A DNA stretch of 64,000 bases from Patescibacteria group bacterium (GTDB lineage: Bacteria > Patescibacteriota > Minisyncoccia > Phycocordibacterales > XYD1-FULL-46-19). The position numbers and the translations under genes were made by a program. This document shows, piece after piece, positions 46,129-56,211 of the stretch. The DNA is taken from NCBI GenBank assembly GCA_048617235.1, contig JBMCHT010000003.1, positions 81,958-145,957 on the forward strand, read 5' to 3'. Each line of letters opens with the position of its first letter. Position 1 is the first letter of the stretch. The notes under the pieces were generated by a model. That model was not told where the DNA came from, ran no database searches, and saw only the letters and a program-made list of their open reading frames with translations.

Positions 46129-47154
46129 TTAATCAAAAAGGTTAGCTGGGGGGTTAATCTTTAAATGTTCATAAGTTTTAGGGGTAGCCATTCTTCCTTT
46201 ATGAGTTCTCTTAATTAAACCGTTTTGAATTAAAAACGGTTCATATACCTCTTCTAAAGTGGATTGTTCTTCAGCTAAAGCGGCGGCCAAAGTGTTTAAA
46301 CCTGCCGGCCCACCGTTGAATTTTTCAACCAAAACCGATAATAATTGTCTATCTGATCCGGTTAAACCTAAATCGTCTAGTCCTATAAGATTCATAGCGG
46401 CTAAAATAGTTTCTGAATTTATTATTCCTTCTTTATTTATTTCGGCATAATCTCGACATCTTTTTAATAAATGGTTGGCGATGCGAGGGGTATGACGGCT
46501 TCTTTTGGATATTTCTTCAACAGCTGGATTTTCTATTTTTATATTTAATATATCGGAAGATCTTTTAACAATTTCATTTATTTCTTCATTAGAATAAAAA
46601 TTTAATCGAAAAGTACCTCCGGAAAAACGAGATCTTAAAGGAGAAGATAAAAGGGCTATTCTGGTAGTAGCGGCCACTAAAGTAAAGGGAGGTAAATCTA
46701 GTTGCACTATTCTGGCTCCTGGTCCTTTACCAATTACAATATTAAGATAACCGGATTCCATGGCCGGATATAGAATTTCTTCTATCATTTTGTTTAAACG
46801 GTGAATTTCATCTATAAATAAAACATCCCCAGGATTTAAATTTGTTAAAATAGAAGCTAAATCTCCAACTTTTTCAACTGCCGGACCGGAAGTGATTTTT
46901 ATATCGACTTCCAGTTCTTTGGCAATTAAATGAGATAGGGTGGTTTTTCCTAAACCGGGAGGGCCGTAAAATAATATATGTTCAGGGGATTGCTTGCGAT
47001 TTTTGGCTGCTTCTATTAAAATACGGAGGTTGTTTTTTATATCGGCTTGACCGATATATTCATTCCAACCGCCCGGACGTAATGAACGATCCAGGGAGTT
47101 TTCTGGTTTTAAGTCTTTTTGGGTTTTGTTGATATCTATCCAATCACTTGACAT
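46129..47154 (-). CDS. ruvB: Holliday junction branch-migration helicase RuvB
   Basis: Walker A GPPGLGKTTL, Walker B LFIDEIHRL, sensor and arginine fingers, C-terminal winged helix. Confidence 0.95.
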   Translation of the reverse strand: MSSDWIDINKTQKDLKPENSLDRSLRPGGWNEYIGQADIKNNLRILIEAAKNRKQSPEHILFYGPPGLGKTTLSHLIAKELEVDIKITSGPAVEKVGDLASILTNLNPGDVLFIDEIHRLNKMIEEILYPAMESGYLNIVIGKGPGARIVQLDLPPFTLVAATTRIALLSSPLRSRFSGGTFRLNFYSNEEINEIVKRSSDILNIKIENPAVEEISKRSRHTPRIANHLLKRCRDYAEINKEGIINSETILAAMNLIGLDDLGLTGSDRQLLSVLVEKFNGGPAGLNTLAAALAEEQSTLEEVYEPFLIQNGLIKRTHKGRMATPKTYEHLKINPPANLFD

Positions 47155-47400
47155 ATTTTATATTATGTGATAGACTCTGATAAAGCTGTTAAAAAAGTTT
47201 ATCAAGCTCACAAACCTCTAAGCAATTTAGGTCTCTGGCGAGATTTAACGGGTTTATTTGACAGGACGTGTTGGTGGTTGATTTTTATTAACTTAACTGA
47301 CGCTATCCTGGATAATAATTCTAGCTTTATTATGACGTAATAAAGAGATTGCTTAGAGGTTTATGGTCTTGATTGTTAAAGAAACCGCCTTATCTGTGAT

Positions 47401-49146
47401 TTAAATAATGTCTTCGTTTAAATCAACTACTCGTCCAACTTCTTTTAAAGAAGTTACTCCTTCCAAAACTTTTAAAATACCATCCTGACGCATATCTAAT
47501 ATTCCTTGAGGAATAGCAGCCATTTTTATTTCTTTTTCATTAGGGTTTTCTATGGCTACTTTAGATACCGCTTCATCCATTAGAATGGCTTCAAATAAAC
47601 CTTGGCGTCCACTGTAGCCGGTATGATGGCATTTTTCGCATCCTTTCTCTGAGGCTACAAAAACTTCCTCCGGAACAATCGCATCAATGTTTGGTTTCTT
47701 TTTTTTAATGCTTGCCATTATTTTTTCAAACAAATCTTTTTCCCAGTCGGAAATCGGAGCTTTTTGTTTGCAATTTTGACACAGTTTTCTAACCAACCTT
47801 TGAGCAATAGGCATAGTTAAGCCGGAAGTTAAAATCTTAGGATTTATTTTTAGATCTATCAGTCTGGGTATAGCTCCGGCGGCGTTATTGGTGTGAAGGG
47901 TGGAAAAGACCATATGGCCGGTCAATGAGGCATTGATAGCGACATTAGCGGTTTCCGGATCTCTGATTTCTCCGACCATTATTACATCCGGATCTTGACG
48001 TAAAGCAGCTCGTAATCCGGATAAAAAAGTATAATTCTTTTTATGATCAACTTGAGTTTGATTTATTCCCGCCAAATGGTACTCAATCGGATCTTCAATG
48101 GTAATGGTTTTATTTTCCGAAGTGTTAATTTTTCTTAGAAAAGCATACAAAGTGGTGGTTTTACCGGAACCAGTTGGTCCGGTTAAAAGAACCATACCGT
48201 TGGGTTTTCGAATTTCTCTATCAAATATTTCAAATAGTTCTTTATCTATTCCCAGATCTTCAAAAGAGACTTTAATAGATTCAGGATTTAAAATTCTCAT
48301 AACCACCGATTCACTATAGGGTCCGGGAACAACTGAAGTTCTGATTTCTATCTCATTATCGCCGGCTTTAATACTAAAGCGTCCATCTTGAGATGTTTTG
48401 GTAATATTTAATTTTAAACCGGAAACTAGTTTAATTCTGGATAAAATTTGTTTATATATTTTTAAATTAAATTTAGATACTATTTGTAATATTCCATCTA
48501 TACGATAACGCAGGCGAACTACTTCTTCATCCGGCTCTAGATGAATATCTGAAGCTCCGGTAGCTAAACCACCGGATAATATTATTTCCAATAAATCCGA
48601 AATTCCACCGGATTGTAGGTTTTTTTCAACTGATTGATTTATTTCTTTTTCAATATCTGAAATATTATTCAGTTTATTTATAATATCATTTATGGCTTCA
48701 TCTGAAATATCTATTAAACCACCTTCGGTTTTTTCAGACTTAGATATTTCACCGTAATATTTCCAAGCAGACTCTAAACTATTAGTTGAAGAAACATATA
48801 TAATTACCTTAAAATTATTTCTTTCAAAATCTTTTATTATTTCTTTAACTTTATCTTTTTCAGGTGAATTAACAGCTATGGATAACTTTTTTCCGTTAAT
48901 ACTAAAACAAGCCGCTCCGGCTGCTCTGGCTTCTTCTTTGGGGATCATTTTAAGAGCATCGGTATTGATCGATATTTTAGAAAGATCAACATATGGTAGA
49001 TTGTAACGATTAGAAATTATTTGAGCCAACTCTTCGGCTTCTTTAGCGTGAAGATCTGCTAATTTTTTTTTGTATTCAGATTCTTTTTTTTCGTCTTTAA
49101 AAGTGGTCATGTGTTTTATTTTAACTTTTTTGGACTTTTTACTCAA
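47401..49146 (-). CDS. pilB: type IV pilus / type II secretion assembly ATPase (PilB/GspE family)
   Basis: N-terminal GSPII_E_N-like region. Walker A LLTGPTGSGKTTT. Asp and His boxes. C-terminal tetracysteine CQNC...CEKCHHTG. Confidence 0.85.
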   Translation of the reverse strand: MSKKSKKVKIKHMTTFKDEKKESEYKKKLADLHAKEAEELAQIISNRYNLPYVDLSKISINTDALKMIPKEEARAAGAACFSINGKKLSIAVNSPEKDKVKEIIKDFERNNFKVIIYVSSTNSLESAWKYYGEISKSEKTEGGLIDISDEAINDIINKLNNISDIEKEINQSVEKNLQSGGISDLLEIILSGGLATGASDIHLEPDEEVVRLRYRIDGILQIVSKFNLKIYKQILSRIKLVSGLKLNITKTSQDGRFSIKAGDNEIEIRTSVVPGPYSESVVMRILNPESIKVSFEDLGIDKELFEIFDREIRKPNGMVLLTGPTGSGKTTTLYAFLRKINTSENKTITIEDPIEYHLAGINQTQVDHKKNYTFLSGLRAALRQDPDVIMVGEIRDPETANVAINASLTGHMVFSTLHTNNAAGAIPRLIDLKINPKILTSGLTMPIAQRLVRKLCQNCKQKAPISDWEKDLFEKIMASIKKKKPNIDAIVPEEVFVASEKGCEKCHHTGYSGRQGLFEAILMDEAVSKVAIENPNEKEIKMAAIPQGILDMRQDGILKVLEGVTSLKEVGRVVDLNEDII

Positions 49147-49266
49147 ATTAATTTTCTTTACTCATTACTAACATTGGCGAGTGACGAAAGCAATCTTGAC
49201 TGATCTCTTTTTAAACTTTACGATTTTAAAAGTGAATTTAATTATTATTTCTTATATAATTAATTT

Positions 49267-49698
49267 ATGTTTGAAGATAGAAAATATGATTTAGAAGAAT
49301 TGCCGGATGTGGCTAGTTGTTTATTGGCTGAAATTAAAAAAAATAATTGGTCGGTTGTCGGTTTATCCGGTCAACTAGGAGTCGGTAAGACCACTTTAGT
49401 GCAAGAAGTAGCCAAACAGTTTGGGATTTTGGAAAAAGTAACCAGTCCCAGTTTTGTGGTGGGACAATTTTATAATTTACCAACTGGTGATTGGCAGAGA
49501 TTGGCTCATTTTGATTTTTATCGTTTAAATTCTCAAGCAGATGTGGCGTTTATTGGTTGGCCGGAGGTGGTTAATGATAAAAATATTTTAAGCTTGGTGG
49601 AGTGGCCGGAAAACATAAACCAGAAACAATGGCCTGTAGAAGCTCCTATTTTTAAAATGTCGGTTTTGGATAAAGGAAAGAGGCTTATAAAGTTATAG
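49267..49698 (+). CDS. tsaE: tRNA t6A37 threonylcarbamoyladenosine biosynthesis protein TsaE
   Basis: P-loop GLSGQLGVGKTTLV and the HFDFYRL motif. Confidence 0.8.
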   Translation: MFEDRKYDLEELPDVASCLLAEIKKNNWSVVGLSGQLGVGKTTLVQEVAKQFGILEKVTSPSFVVGQFYNLPTGDWQRLAHFDFYRLNSQADVAFIGWPEVVNDKNILSLVEWPENINQKQWPVEAPIFKMSVLDKGKRLIKL

Positions 49699-49699
49699 T

Positions 49700-52093
49700 T
49701 TGCTGTTTGGTAATCATAGCGGTAGAATGTTCTTAATGGTTAAAAAAACCGCTATTTCTTTACCTGAAAATTATAAAGCCAGATTGGTTATTTTAGATAC
49801 CCACGCTATTCTACATCGAGCCTATCATGCTTTACCGGATTTAACCGATTCGGCCGGCCAACCATCCGGAGCTCTTTACGGTTTAATTGCAATTTTAATA
49901 AAATTAATTGGAGAATTACAGCCTGATTATATTATTGCCGCTTATGATCGACCGGAAGAAACTTTCAGAAAACAAATTTATGGAGAGTATAAAGCCGGTC
50001 GAGCTAAAACGGATGATTCTTTAATTAATCAAATAAATCGTTCAGTGGAGGTTTTGGAAGCTTTTGGAGTTAAAATTTATTCTGCCGCCGGTTTTGAGGC
50101 AGACGATATCATCGGTACCATAATTAAACAATGTCTTAAAACCAAAACATTGCAGACTGTAATCGTTTCCGGCGATTTAGATACTTTACAATTGGTTTTA
50201 GATGATCAAGTGGTGGTTTATACTATGCGCAAAGGTATAAAAGATACTGTTTTATATAATGAAAAAGAAGTAATTAACAGGTTTGGTTTTAAACCGGACA
50301 AATTACCGGATTACAAAGGTCTACGAGGTGATCCTTCGGATAATATTATTGGAATTGCCGGTATTGGAGAAAAAACAGCTACTGATTTAGTAATTAAATT
50401 CGGTAGTATGGAAAATTTATATACTGTCTTAAATAAAAATCCTCAAGAATTGGAAAAGCAAGGATTTAAGCCAAGAGTAATAAAATTATTGACCGAAGGA
50501 GAAGAAGAGGCTTTATTTTCAAAAACTTTAGCTGAAATACGTAAAGATGCTCCTATAAATTTTGTTTTACCGGAATCTAAATGGTTGATTGACGACAACA
50601 GTTTGACAGCGGAAACCAAAATGGCCAATCTCGGTTTTAGAAGTTTAATTGAACGCTGGCGTTCTTTAACTGCTAAAGAATTTTCTCAGGATACTCAAAT
50701 AAATGTGCCGGAAAAAGAGTGGCCAAGTTTAAAAATAGCTACTTGGTTGTTGTGTTCGGATTTGACAGATCCTTCAGCTGAGGATGTTTTTCGTTTGGCT
50801 GAAACTTCAATTTGGCCGGATGTTAAAAACAATTTGGAAAAAAAATTACAAGACTTCGATTTATTAAAAATCTATAAAGATATAGAATTACCTTTATATC
50901 CAATTATTCAAAAAGCGGTTGAGAGAGGTTTTTTAATAAATGTTGAACATTTTCAAAAATTAAAAAAGAAATACAAACAAAAATTAAATAAAGCAGAGAC
51001 AAAAATATATAAATTAATCGGTCGAGAATTTAATATTTCCTCGCCCAAACAATTGGGTGAAATTTTATTTCAAGATTTGGGTTTATCTAAAAAAGGTTTA
51101 AAAAAAACAGCCGGTGGTAATCAATCTACCAGAGAATCTGAATTAATTAAATTAAAAGATGAACATCCTGTAATTCCTTTAATTTTAGAATACCGTGGTT
51201 TATTTAAAATATTAACTACTTACGTTGAAGCTATTTTGGAATTAACAGATAAAAATAATTGCCTACACACTCATTTGCATCAAACGGGTACTACCACCGG
51301 TCGTTTTTCTTCTACTAATCCCAATTTACAAAATATACCGGTGGGGGAGGAATACGGTCAAGACATTAGACAGGGTTTTATTGCCAGGCCAGGCTTTGTT
51401 TTTTTGAGTGCCGATTATTCTCAAATAGAATTGAGAATAATGGCGGTTTTAGCCAAAGATCAAGATTTAAAAAATGTTTTTGTTCAAAATCAAGACATCC
51501 ATACTTCCGTGGCTTCTAGAGTTTTTAAAGTTGAGCCGGAAGCGGTAACCAAAGAAATGCGCCGACAGGCTAAAGTAATAAACTTTGGCATAATTTATGG
51601 TATGGGTATTAGAGCTTTAAAAGATAATTTAGGGGTGGGAATAGAAGAGGCTAAAATATTTTATGAGCAATATTTTAAGTCGTTTCCTCAGATTAAAAAA
51701 TATATTGAAGGAACAATAACTGAAGTAGCCACTAAGGGTTTTACAGAAACTTTATATGGTCGCAAAAGATTTTTGCCGGAAATTAATTCCAGTGTTCCTT
51801 TTATTAAAGCCTCAGCTGAAAGACAAGCAATCAATGCTGCTATTCAGGGTACGACTGCTGATTTAATTAAAATAGCCACTATTAATATAGATAGAGAATT
51901 AAAAAGGTTGGAATTAGACGATAAATGTTTCTTTTTGTTGCAAATACATGATGAATTAATATATGAAATAAAAGAAACCGCTTATAAAAAAGTAGAAGCT
52001 ATTGTTAAAAATACTATGGAGTCGGTTTGGAAAGAAGAATTACCTCTTAAGGTGGATATTTCATTTGGTTCCACTTGGGCGGATTTGATTTAA
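49700..52093 (+). CDS. polA: DNA polymerase I (5'-3' exonuclease plus polymerase domains; no obvious 3'-5' exo domain)
   Basis: 5' nuclease N-terminus (LVILDTHAILHRAYHAL). Pol A motifs RRQAKVINFGIIYGM and LLQIHDELIYE. Confidence 0.9.
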   Translation: MLFGNHSGRMFLMVKKTAISLPENYKARLVILDTHAILHRAYHALPDLTDSAGQPSGALYGLIAILIKLIGELQPDYIIAAYDRPEETFRKQIYGEYKAGRAKTDDSLINQINRSVEVLEAFGVKIYSAAGFEADDIIGTIIKQCLKTKTLQTVIVSGDLDTLQLVLDDQVVVYTMRKGIKDTVLYNEKEVINRFGFKPDKLPDYKGLRGDPSDNIIGIAGIGEKTATDLVIKFGSMENLYTVLNKNPQELEKQGFKPRVIKLLTEGEEEALFSKTLAEIRKDAPINFVLPESKWLIDDNSLTAETKMANLGFRSLIERWRSLTAKEFSQDTQINVPEKEWPSLKIATWLLCSDLTDPSAEDVFRLAETSIWPDVKNNLEKKLQDFDLLKIYKDIELPLYPIIQKAVERGFLINVEHFQKLKKKYKQKLNKAETKIYKLIGREFNISSPKQLGEILFQDLGLSKKGLKKTAGGNQSTRESELIKLKDEHPVIPLILEYRGLFKILTTYVEAILELTDKNNCLHTHLHQTGTTTGRFSSTNPNLQNIPVGEEYGQDIRQGFIARPGFVFLSADYSQIELRIMAVLAKDQDLKNVFVQNQDIHTSVASRVFKVEPEAVTKEMRRQAKVINFGIIYGMGIRALKDNLGVGIEEAKIFYEQYFKSFPQIKKYIEGTITEVATKGFTETLYGRKRFLPEINSSVPFIKASAERQAINAAIQGTTADLIKIATINIDRELKRLELDDKCFFLLQIHDELIYEIKETAYKKVEAIVKNTMESVWKEELPLKVDISFGSTWADLI

Positions 52094-52160
52094 AATATCT
52101 TGTTAAACTAAATAAGGTTGCTGGTTTTTAACAAAAATGTTAAACTTCGTTTAGCCTTTT

Positions 52161-52487
52161 ATGGTTGGAAAAGGTCGGTTTAAATTAAAATATTTAATAA
52201 AAAATAATATGAATAAAAACGCTATAATTTCTATTATAATAGTAGCTGTTTTGGTGGTAGGTGCGATTTGGTTCTTTTCTAATCGTGATGATGTTATGTC
52301 TGAAGATTTAGTAGATGACTTCTCGGAAGTTAATGAAGGAGAGGTTGAGGAAGGACAGTTGGTTACACCTCCGGCTCCAGTAGTTGATGATGAAGAAGGG
52401 GAAAATGATGAGAATATGGTTGAAGACGATGGAATGGACGATGGAGATCAAATGACTGAAGAAGAAGAAGAGGAAGAGGAGGAATAA
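52161..52487 (+). CDS. small membrane-anchored, highly acidic protein (hypothetical)
   Basis: TM helix IISIIIVAVLVVGAIWFF, then D/E-rich tail ending in poly-Glu. Confidence 0.4.
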   Translation: MVGKGRFKLKYLIKNNMNKNAIISIIIVAVLVVGAIWFFSNRDDVMSEDLVDDFSEVNEGEVEEGQLVTPPAPVVDDEEGENDENMVEDDGMDDGDQMTEEEEEEEEE

Positions 52488-52505
52488 TCTAAGTTACTAA
52501 AAATC

Positions 52506-52535
52506 AAAACCGTCCTTTAGAGGACGGTTTTTGTT
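52506..52535 (+). terminator. rho-independent terminator (aaaaccgtcc-tttagag-gacggttttt plus T-run)
   Basis: Perfect 9-bp GC-containing stem with a T-tract, read directly. Confidence 0.7.
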
Positions 52536-52598
52536 TTTAAGTTTGTGTTATAATTACCTTGTAAATAAGTTGTAATTTAAAAACTAAGAGAAAAGTTT

Positions 52599-53216
52599 AT
52601 GGCTTTAAACTATACTCAGGAGTTAAAAAAAATAAAAGAAGAAGTTTTGAATTTAAAAGAATCCCCTTTGTTTGTTTATCGGACTGAAAATAAATACTTA
52701 CCGGTAGTTGGAGAAGGTAACCATCAAGCTGGAATAATGTTGGTTGGAGAAGCCCCAGGTTTAAATGAAGCCAAAAGCGGACGTCCTTTTTGTGGGTCTG
52801 CCGGTAAATTGTTAGATGAGCTTTTAGAAGGAGCCGGTTTGCAACGTTCTGCTGTTTATATTACTAACATTCTTAAAGATAGACCGCCTGCTAATCGTGA
52901 TCCTTTACCACAGGAGATGGTTATTTATACTCCTTTTCTTGATCGTCAGATAGACATTATAGAACCAAAAATTATAGTTGGTTTGGGGCGTTTTTCTTCT
53001 CATTATTTATTAAAGAAATTTGGATTTGAAGCTGAAGCTCAAATGACTATTGGAAATATCCAAGGAAAACTTTTCAAAATTTCAGAATTATCTAAAACCA
53101 AAGTTATAATACCAATGTATCATCCAGCAGCTGCTATTTATAATAGAAAATTATTAACGGAATTAAGTCAAGGGTTTAAAAAAATTAATAAATATTATAC
53201 CGAGTTAATAAAATGA
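52599..53216 (+). CDS. uracil-DNA glycosylase, family 4
   Basis: GEAPGLNEAKSGRPFCGSAGKLLDELL is the family-4 UDG signature. C-terminal HPAAAIY. Confidence 0.8.
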   Translation: MALNYTQELKKIKEEVLNLKESPLFVYRTENKYLPVVGEGNHQAGIMLVGEAPGLNEAKSGRPFCGSAGKLLDELLEGAGLQRSAVYITNILKDRPPANRDPLPQEMVIYTPFLDRQIDIIEPKIIVGLGRFSSHYLLKKFGFEAEAQMTIGNIQGKLFKISELSKTKVIIPMYHPAAAIYNRKLLTELSQGFKKINKYYTELIK

Positions 53217-53989
53217 AATCCCAATCTATTATTTCTTGGAATGTTAATGGGCTCCGGGCTTCTTACCGGAAAGGTTTTTTGGATTTTTTAAATCAGCAAC
53301 AACCGGATATTATTTGTTTGCAAGAAACTAAAATAGACAGTCCTAAACTTTTACCTTCAACTTTAACTCCACCGGGGGGTTATTTGGATTATTGGTCATG
53401 TGCCACCGAAAAAAAAGGTTATAGTGGAGTGGGAATTTTGTCTAAAATTAAGCCACTTAAAATAAAAACAGATTTTGGTCAAAGTTTATTGTCTACTGAA
53501 GGGAGAATTATTCAATTGGAGTTTAAGAACTTTATTTTATTAAATATATATTTCCCTAATGGGGGAGGGGGGCAAGCCAGGTTGGAATACAAACTGAAAT
53601 TCTTTTCTCAATTTTTAACTTATATTAAAAAACAAACAAAAATAAAACCGATATTATTTTGTGGAGATGTTAATATTGCTCATCAGGAAATGGATTTAGC
53701 TCGACCAAAAGAGAATAAAAACAGCATTGGCTTTTTACCGGAAGAAAGATTATGGTTGGATAAAATGGAAGTAGCCGGTTTTTTGGATGTTTTTCGTAGT
53801 TTTTATCCGGATAAAGTGGAATACAGTTGGTGGGATTATAAAACCAGAGCCAGAGACAGGAATGTTGGCTGGCGTTTGGATTATTTTTTTGCAGATAAAA
53901 AATTATTATCTAAAATAAAAAATATAGAAATTATGACAGAGATTCTAGGCTCCGATCACGCTCCGGTTAAATTGGAATTTAAACAATAA
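53213..53989 (+). CDS. xth: exodeoxyribonuclease III (AP endonuclease)
   Basis: ISWNVNGLRA...ICLQETK...GSDHAPV motifs. 4-nt overlap with the upstream gene. Confidence 0.9.
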   Translation: MKSQSIISWNVNGLRASYRKGFLDFLNQQQPDIICLQETKIDSPKLLPSTLTPPGGYLDYWSCATEKKGYSGVGILSKIKPLKIKTDFGQSLLSTEGRIIQLEFKNFILLNIYFPNGGGGQARLEYKLKFFSQFLTYIKKQTKIKPILFCGDVNIAHQEMDLARPKENKNSIGFLPEERLWLDKMEVAGFLDVFRSFYPDKVEYSWWDYKTRARDRNVGWRLDYFFADKKLLSKIKNIEIMTEILGSDHAPVKLEFKQ

Positions 53990-53990
53990 T

Positions 53991-54710
53991 ATGTTTTATA
54001 TAATCACTGGAGATGATGAAAGTAAGAGTTTATCAAAACTACAAGATTTAATTAGTGCTTTAAGGGTTAAACATTCCCAAGCAGTAATTAGAAAGATGTC
54101 AGCTGAGGATTTTGAACCGACTACTTTTAATGAATTAATTGGAGCTGAAGATTTGTTTACCGATAAAAGACTGGTAATTTTTAAAAGAATTTTAACAAAC
54201 AAAAATTCTGAAAAGTTTGTTTGGGGTCATATAAAATCATTGGCGGCCTCTAAACATATTTTTATTTTTTGGGAACCGGAATTGAGTTCGGAGGTAGAAT
54301 CCAAGCTTCGGCCACTGGCTGTTGGTTTTAAAAAATATGATAAAAAAATTAAAGAAAAAGTTGAAAATAAAAAAGACATTTTTAGATTAAGTGATACTTT
54401 TAGTCAAAAAAATAAAAAAGCTCTGTGGTTGGTTTATCACAGTTTAAGGCAATCAGGTTATGATCCAGAGGAACTTTTTTGGTCTTTATATCGTCAGGTT
54501 AAATCTTTATTGCTGGTAAAAAACAGTCACCAACTTAAAAGTTTAAAATGGCATCCCTTTTTTTTAAAAAAACAACAGCAATCCTCGGCTAATTTTACTA
54601 AAGAAGAATTGGCTATAATTATAACCAAATTATCCATCTTGTATTCTCAAGTAATCTTTGAAAAGAAAGACTGGGATGAATCTATGGAGGATTTTATTTT
54701 TAATTTTTAG
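53991..54710 (+). CDS. possible DNA polymerase III delta subunit (HolA-like), short
   Basis: N-terminus MFYIITGDDESKSL...FNELIGAEDLFTDKRLVIFKRIL resembles the HolA N-terminal pattern. Weak overall. Confidence 0.4.
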   Translation: MFYIITGDDESKSLSKLQDLISALRVKHSQAVIRKMSAEDFEPTTFNELIGAEDLFTDKRLVIFKRILTNKNSEKFVWGHIKSLAASKHIFIFWEPELSSEVESKLRPLAVGFKKYDKKIKEKVENKKDIFRLSDTFSQKNKKALWLVYHSLRQSGYDPEELFWSLYRQVKSLLLVKNSHQLKSLKWHPFFLKKQQQSSANFTKEELAIIITKLSILYSQVIFEKKDWDESMEDFIFNF

Positions 54711-54713
54711 TTT

Positions 54714-54789
54714 TGGTGCCCCGTGAGGGATTTGAACCCCCGACCGTTTGCTTAAAAGGCAACTGCTCTACCAACTGAGCTAACGGGGC
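54714..54789 (-). tRNA. tRNA-Lys (anticodon TTT)
   Basis: Minus strand: acceptor GCCCCGT/ACGGGGC, D-arm AGCTCAGTTGGTAGAGC, anticodon loop CTTTTAA, T-arm GGGGGTTCAAATCCCTC, CCA encoded. Confidence 0.85.
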
Positions 54790-54867
54790 AAAATAGACTA
54801 ATGTTTATTAAGATACAAGAAAAATAAAACTTTGTCCAATTAAAAAATTGGTATAGAGTAAGAAATA

Positions 54868-55350
54868 ATGGAAAAGAGATTCAATATTATTTTAATTCTA
54901 TATAATCTACGAAGCGAATATAATGTCGGAGCTATTTTTAGAACCGCAGAGGGGGCTGGTGTGTCTAAAATATATTTAGTGGGAACCACCCCAACCCCAA
55001 AAGATCGTTTTAAAAGATTAAATAAAAGTATTACTAAGACTGCTCTAGGGGCGGAGAAGAATGTAGCCTGGGAATATCATAAAACACTTAAATCAATAAT
55101 TAATATTCTAAAAAAAGAAAAAATCCCTTTAGTGGCTTTAGAGCAAGATAAAAAAAGTCTGGATTATCGTTGTTTTAAACCAAGCACCACAACAGCTGTA
55201 ATTGTGGGATCGGAAGTCAAAGGGTTGTCATCGGCAATTTTAAATTATTGTCAACAAATATTGGAAATTCCTATGCAAGGCCAAAAAGAATCTTTGAATG
55301 TATCAGTGGCAGTCGGAGTTTTATTGTTTCGTTTAAACGATTATTTTTGA
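54868..55350 (+). CDS. SpoU/TrmH-family RNA 2'-O-methyltransferase (SPOUT)
   Basis: RSEYNVGAIFRTAEGAGV...LVGTT and C-terminal LNVSVAVGVLLF SPOUT motifs. Confidence 0.75.
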   Translation: MEKRFNIILILYNLRSEYNVGAIFRTAEGAGVSKIYLVGTTPTPKDRFKRLNKSITKTALGAEKNVAWEYHKTLKSIINILKKEKIPLVALEQDKKSLDYRCFKPSTTTAVIVGSEVKGLSSAILNYCQQILEIPMQGQKESLNVSVAVGVLLFRLNDYF

Positions 55351-56207
55351 CATTTAGAACAAAAATGGGTACCTCGACCGATATGATTTATTTTTTTAAT
55401 TGGAGTTTGGCAATTAAGACAGGGTTTTTTCTCCCTGCCATAAACTTTTAAAAAGTGAACAAAATTACCCGGTTGACCGGAGGTGGTAACATAATTTTTA
55501 GAAGAAGTACCTTTGTGTTTTATGGCTAATTTTAAAATTTTAATTATATTTTGATATAATTTTTTAATTTGAGTTTCAGTTAAAGTGTAAGTTTTTCTAT
55601 CCGGTCTTAGGCCGGTTAAAAAACAAATCTCATCAACATATATATTTCCCAGACCGGCTATTTGAGTTTGATCTAATAATAGCTTTTTTAGACTGCGTTT
55701 AGGGTATTTTTTTATAATCTCTTTAAATTTATTAAAGGTAAATTCTTTAGACAAAGGTTCAATTCCTAATTTTTTTAATGAATTATCCAAATCTTCTTTA
55801 GTAACCAGTCTAACCCAACCAAATTTACGCATATCGTTAAAATAGAGAATTGAGTTATCTGTAAAATAAAAAATCAAGCGAGTAAATTTGTTGGGTAAAT
55901 TTACTTCTCCATCGGGTTGGGGGTGGCCTCCGGTAATTAATAAGTTGTTGGGTATAGAATAAATTAACTGGCCGGTCATTTTTAGGTGGATCAAGATGTA
56001 ATCATCGTTGTTTAATTTAAAGATAATAATTTTAGCTCGACGTTTTATGTCTGTGATAGATTTGTTTTGCAGTTTAAGTGAAAAAGATCGAGGTTTTAGA
56101 GGATGAACTGTTTTAGAGTTTTTAATCTTCACTTGTTGTATGGTTTTTAGAATTAAAACCTTTTTTAATTCTCGAGTGATAGTTTCCACTTCAGGTAATT
56201 CCGGCAT
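55341..56207 (-). CDS. mutM: formamidopyrimidine-DNA glycosylase (Fpg/MutM; Fpg/Nei family)
   Basis: MPELPEVETI N-terminus (catalytic P2/E3), H2TH region, C-terminal zinc finger CLNC...CSKCQ. Confidence 0.85.
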   Translation of the reverse strand: MPELPEVETITRELKKVLILKTIQQVKIKNSKTVHPLKPRSFSLKLQNKSITDIKRRAKIIIFKLNNDDYILIHLKMTGQLIYSIPNNLLITGGHPQPDGEVNLPNKFTRLIFYFTDNSILYFNDMRKFGWVRLVTKEDLDNSLKKLGIEPLSKEFTFNKFKEIIKKYPKRSLKKLLLDQTQIAGLGNIYVDEICFLTGLRPDRKTYTLTETQIKKLYQNIIKILKLAIKHKGTSSKNYVTTSGQPGNFVHFLKVYGREKKPCLNCQTPIKKINHIGRGTHFCSKCQK

Positions 56208-56211
56208 ATAT

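Noticed and set aside
47401-49146. PilB-like ATPase as part of the T4SS-like system
   Set aside because: It is 10 kb away, on the opposite strand and among repair genes. The PilB/GspE family belongs to type IV pilus or competence machinery, distinct from VirB4/VirD4 systems. No pilC/pilM/pilin genes are adjacent in this window.
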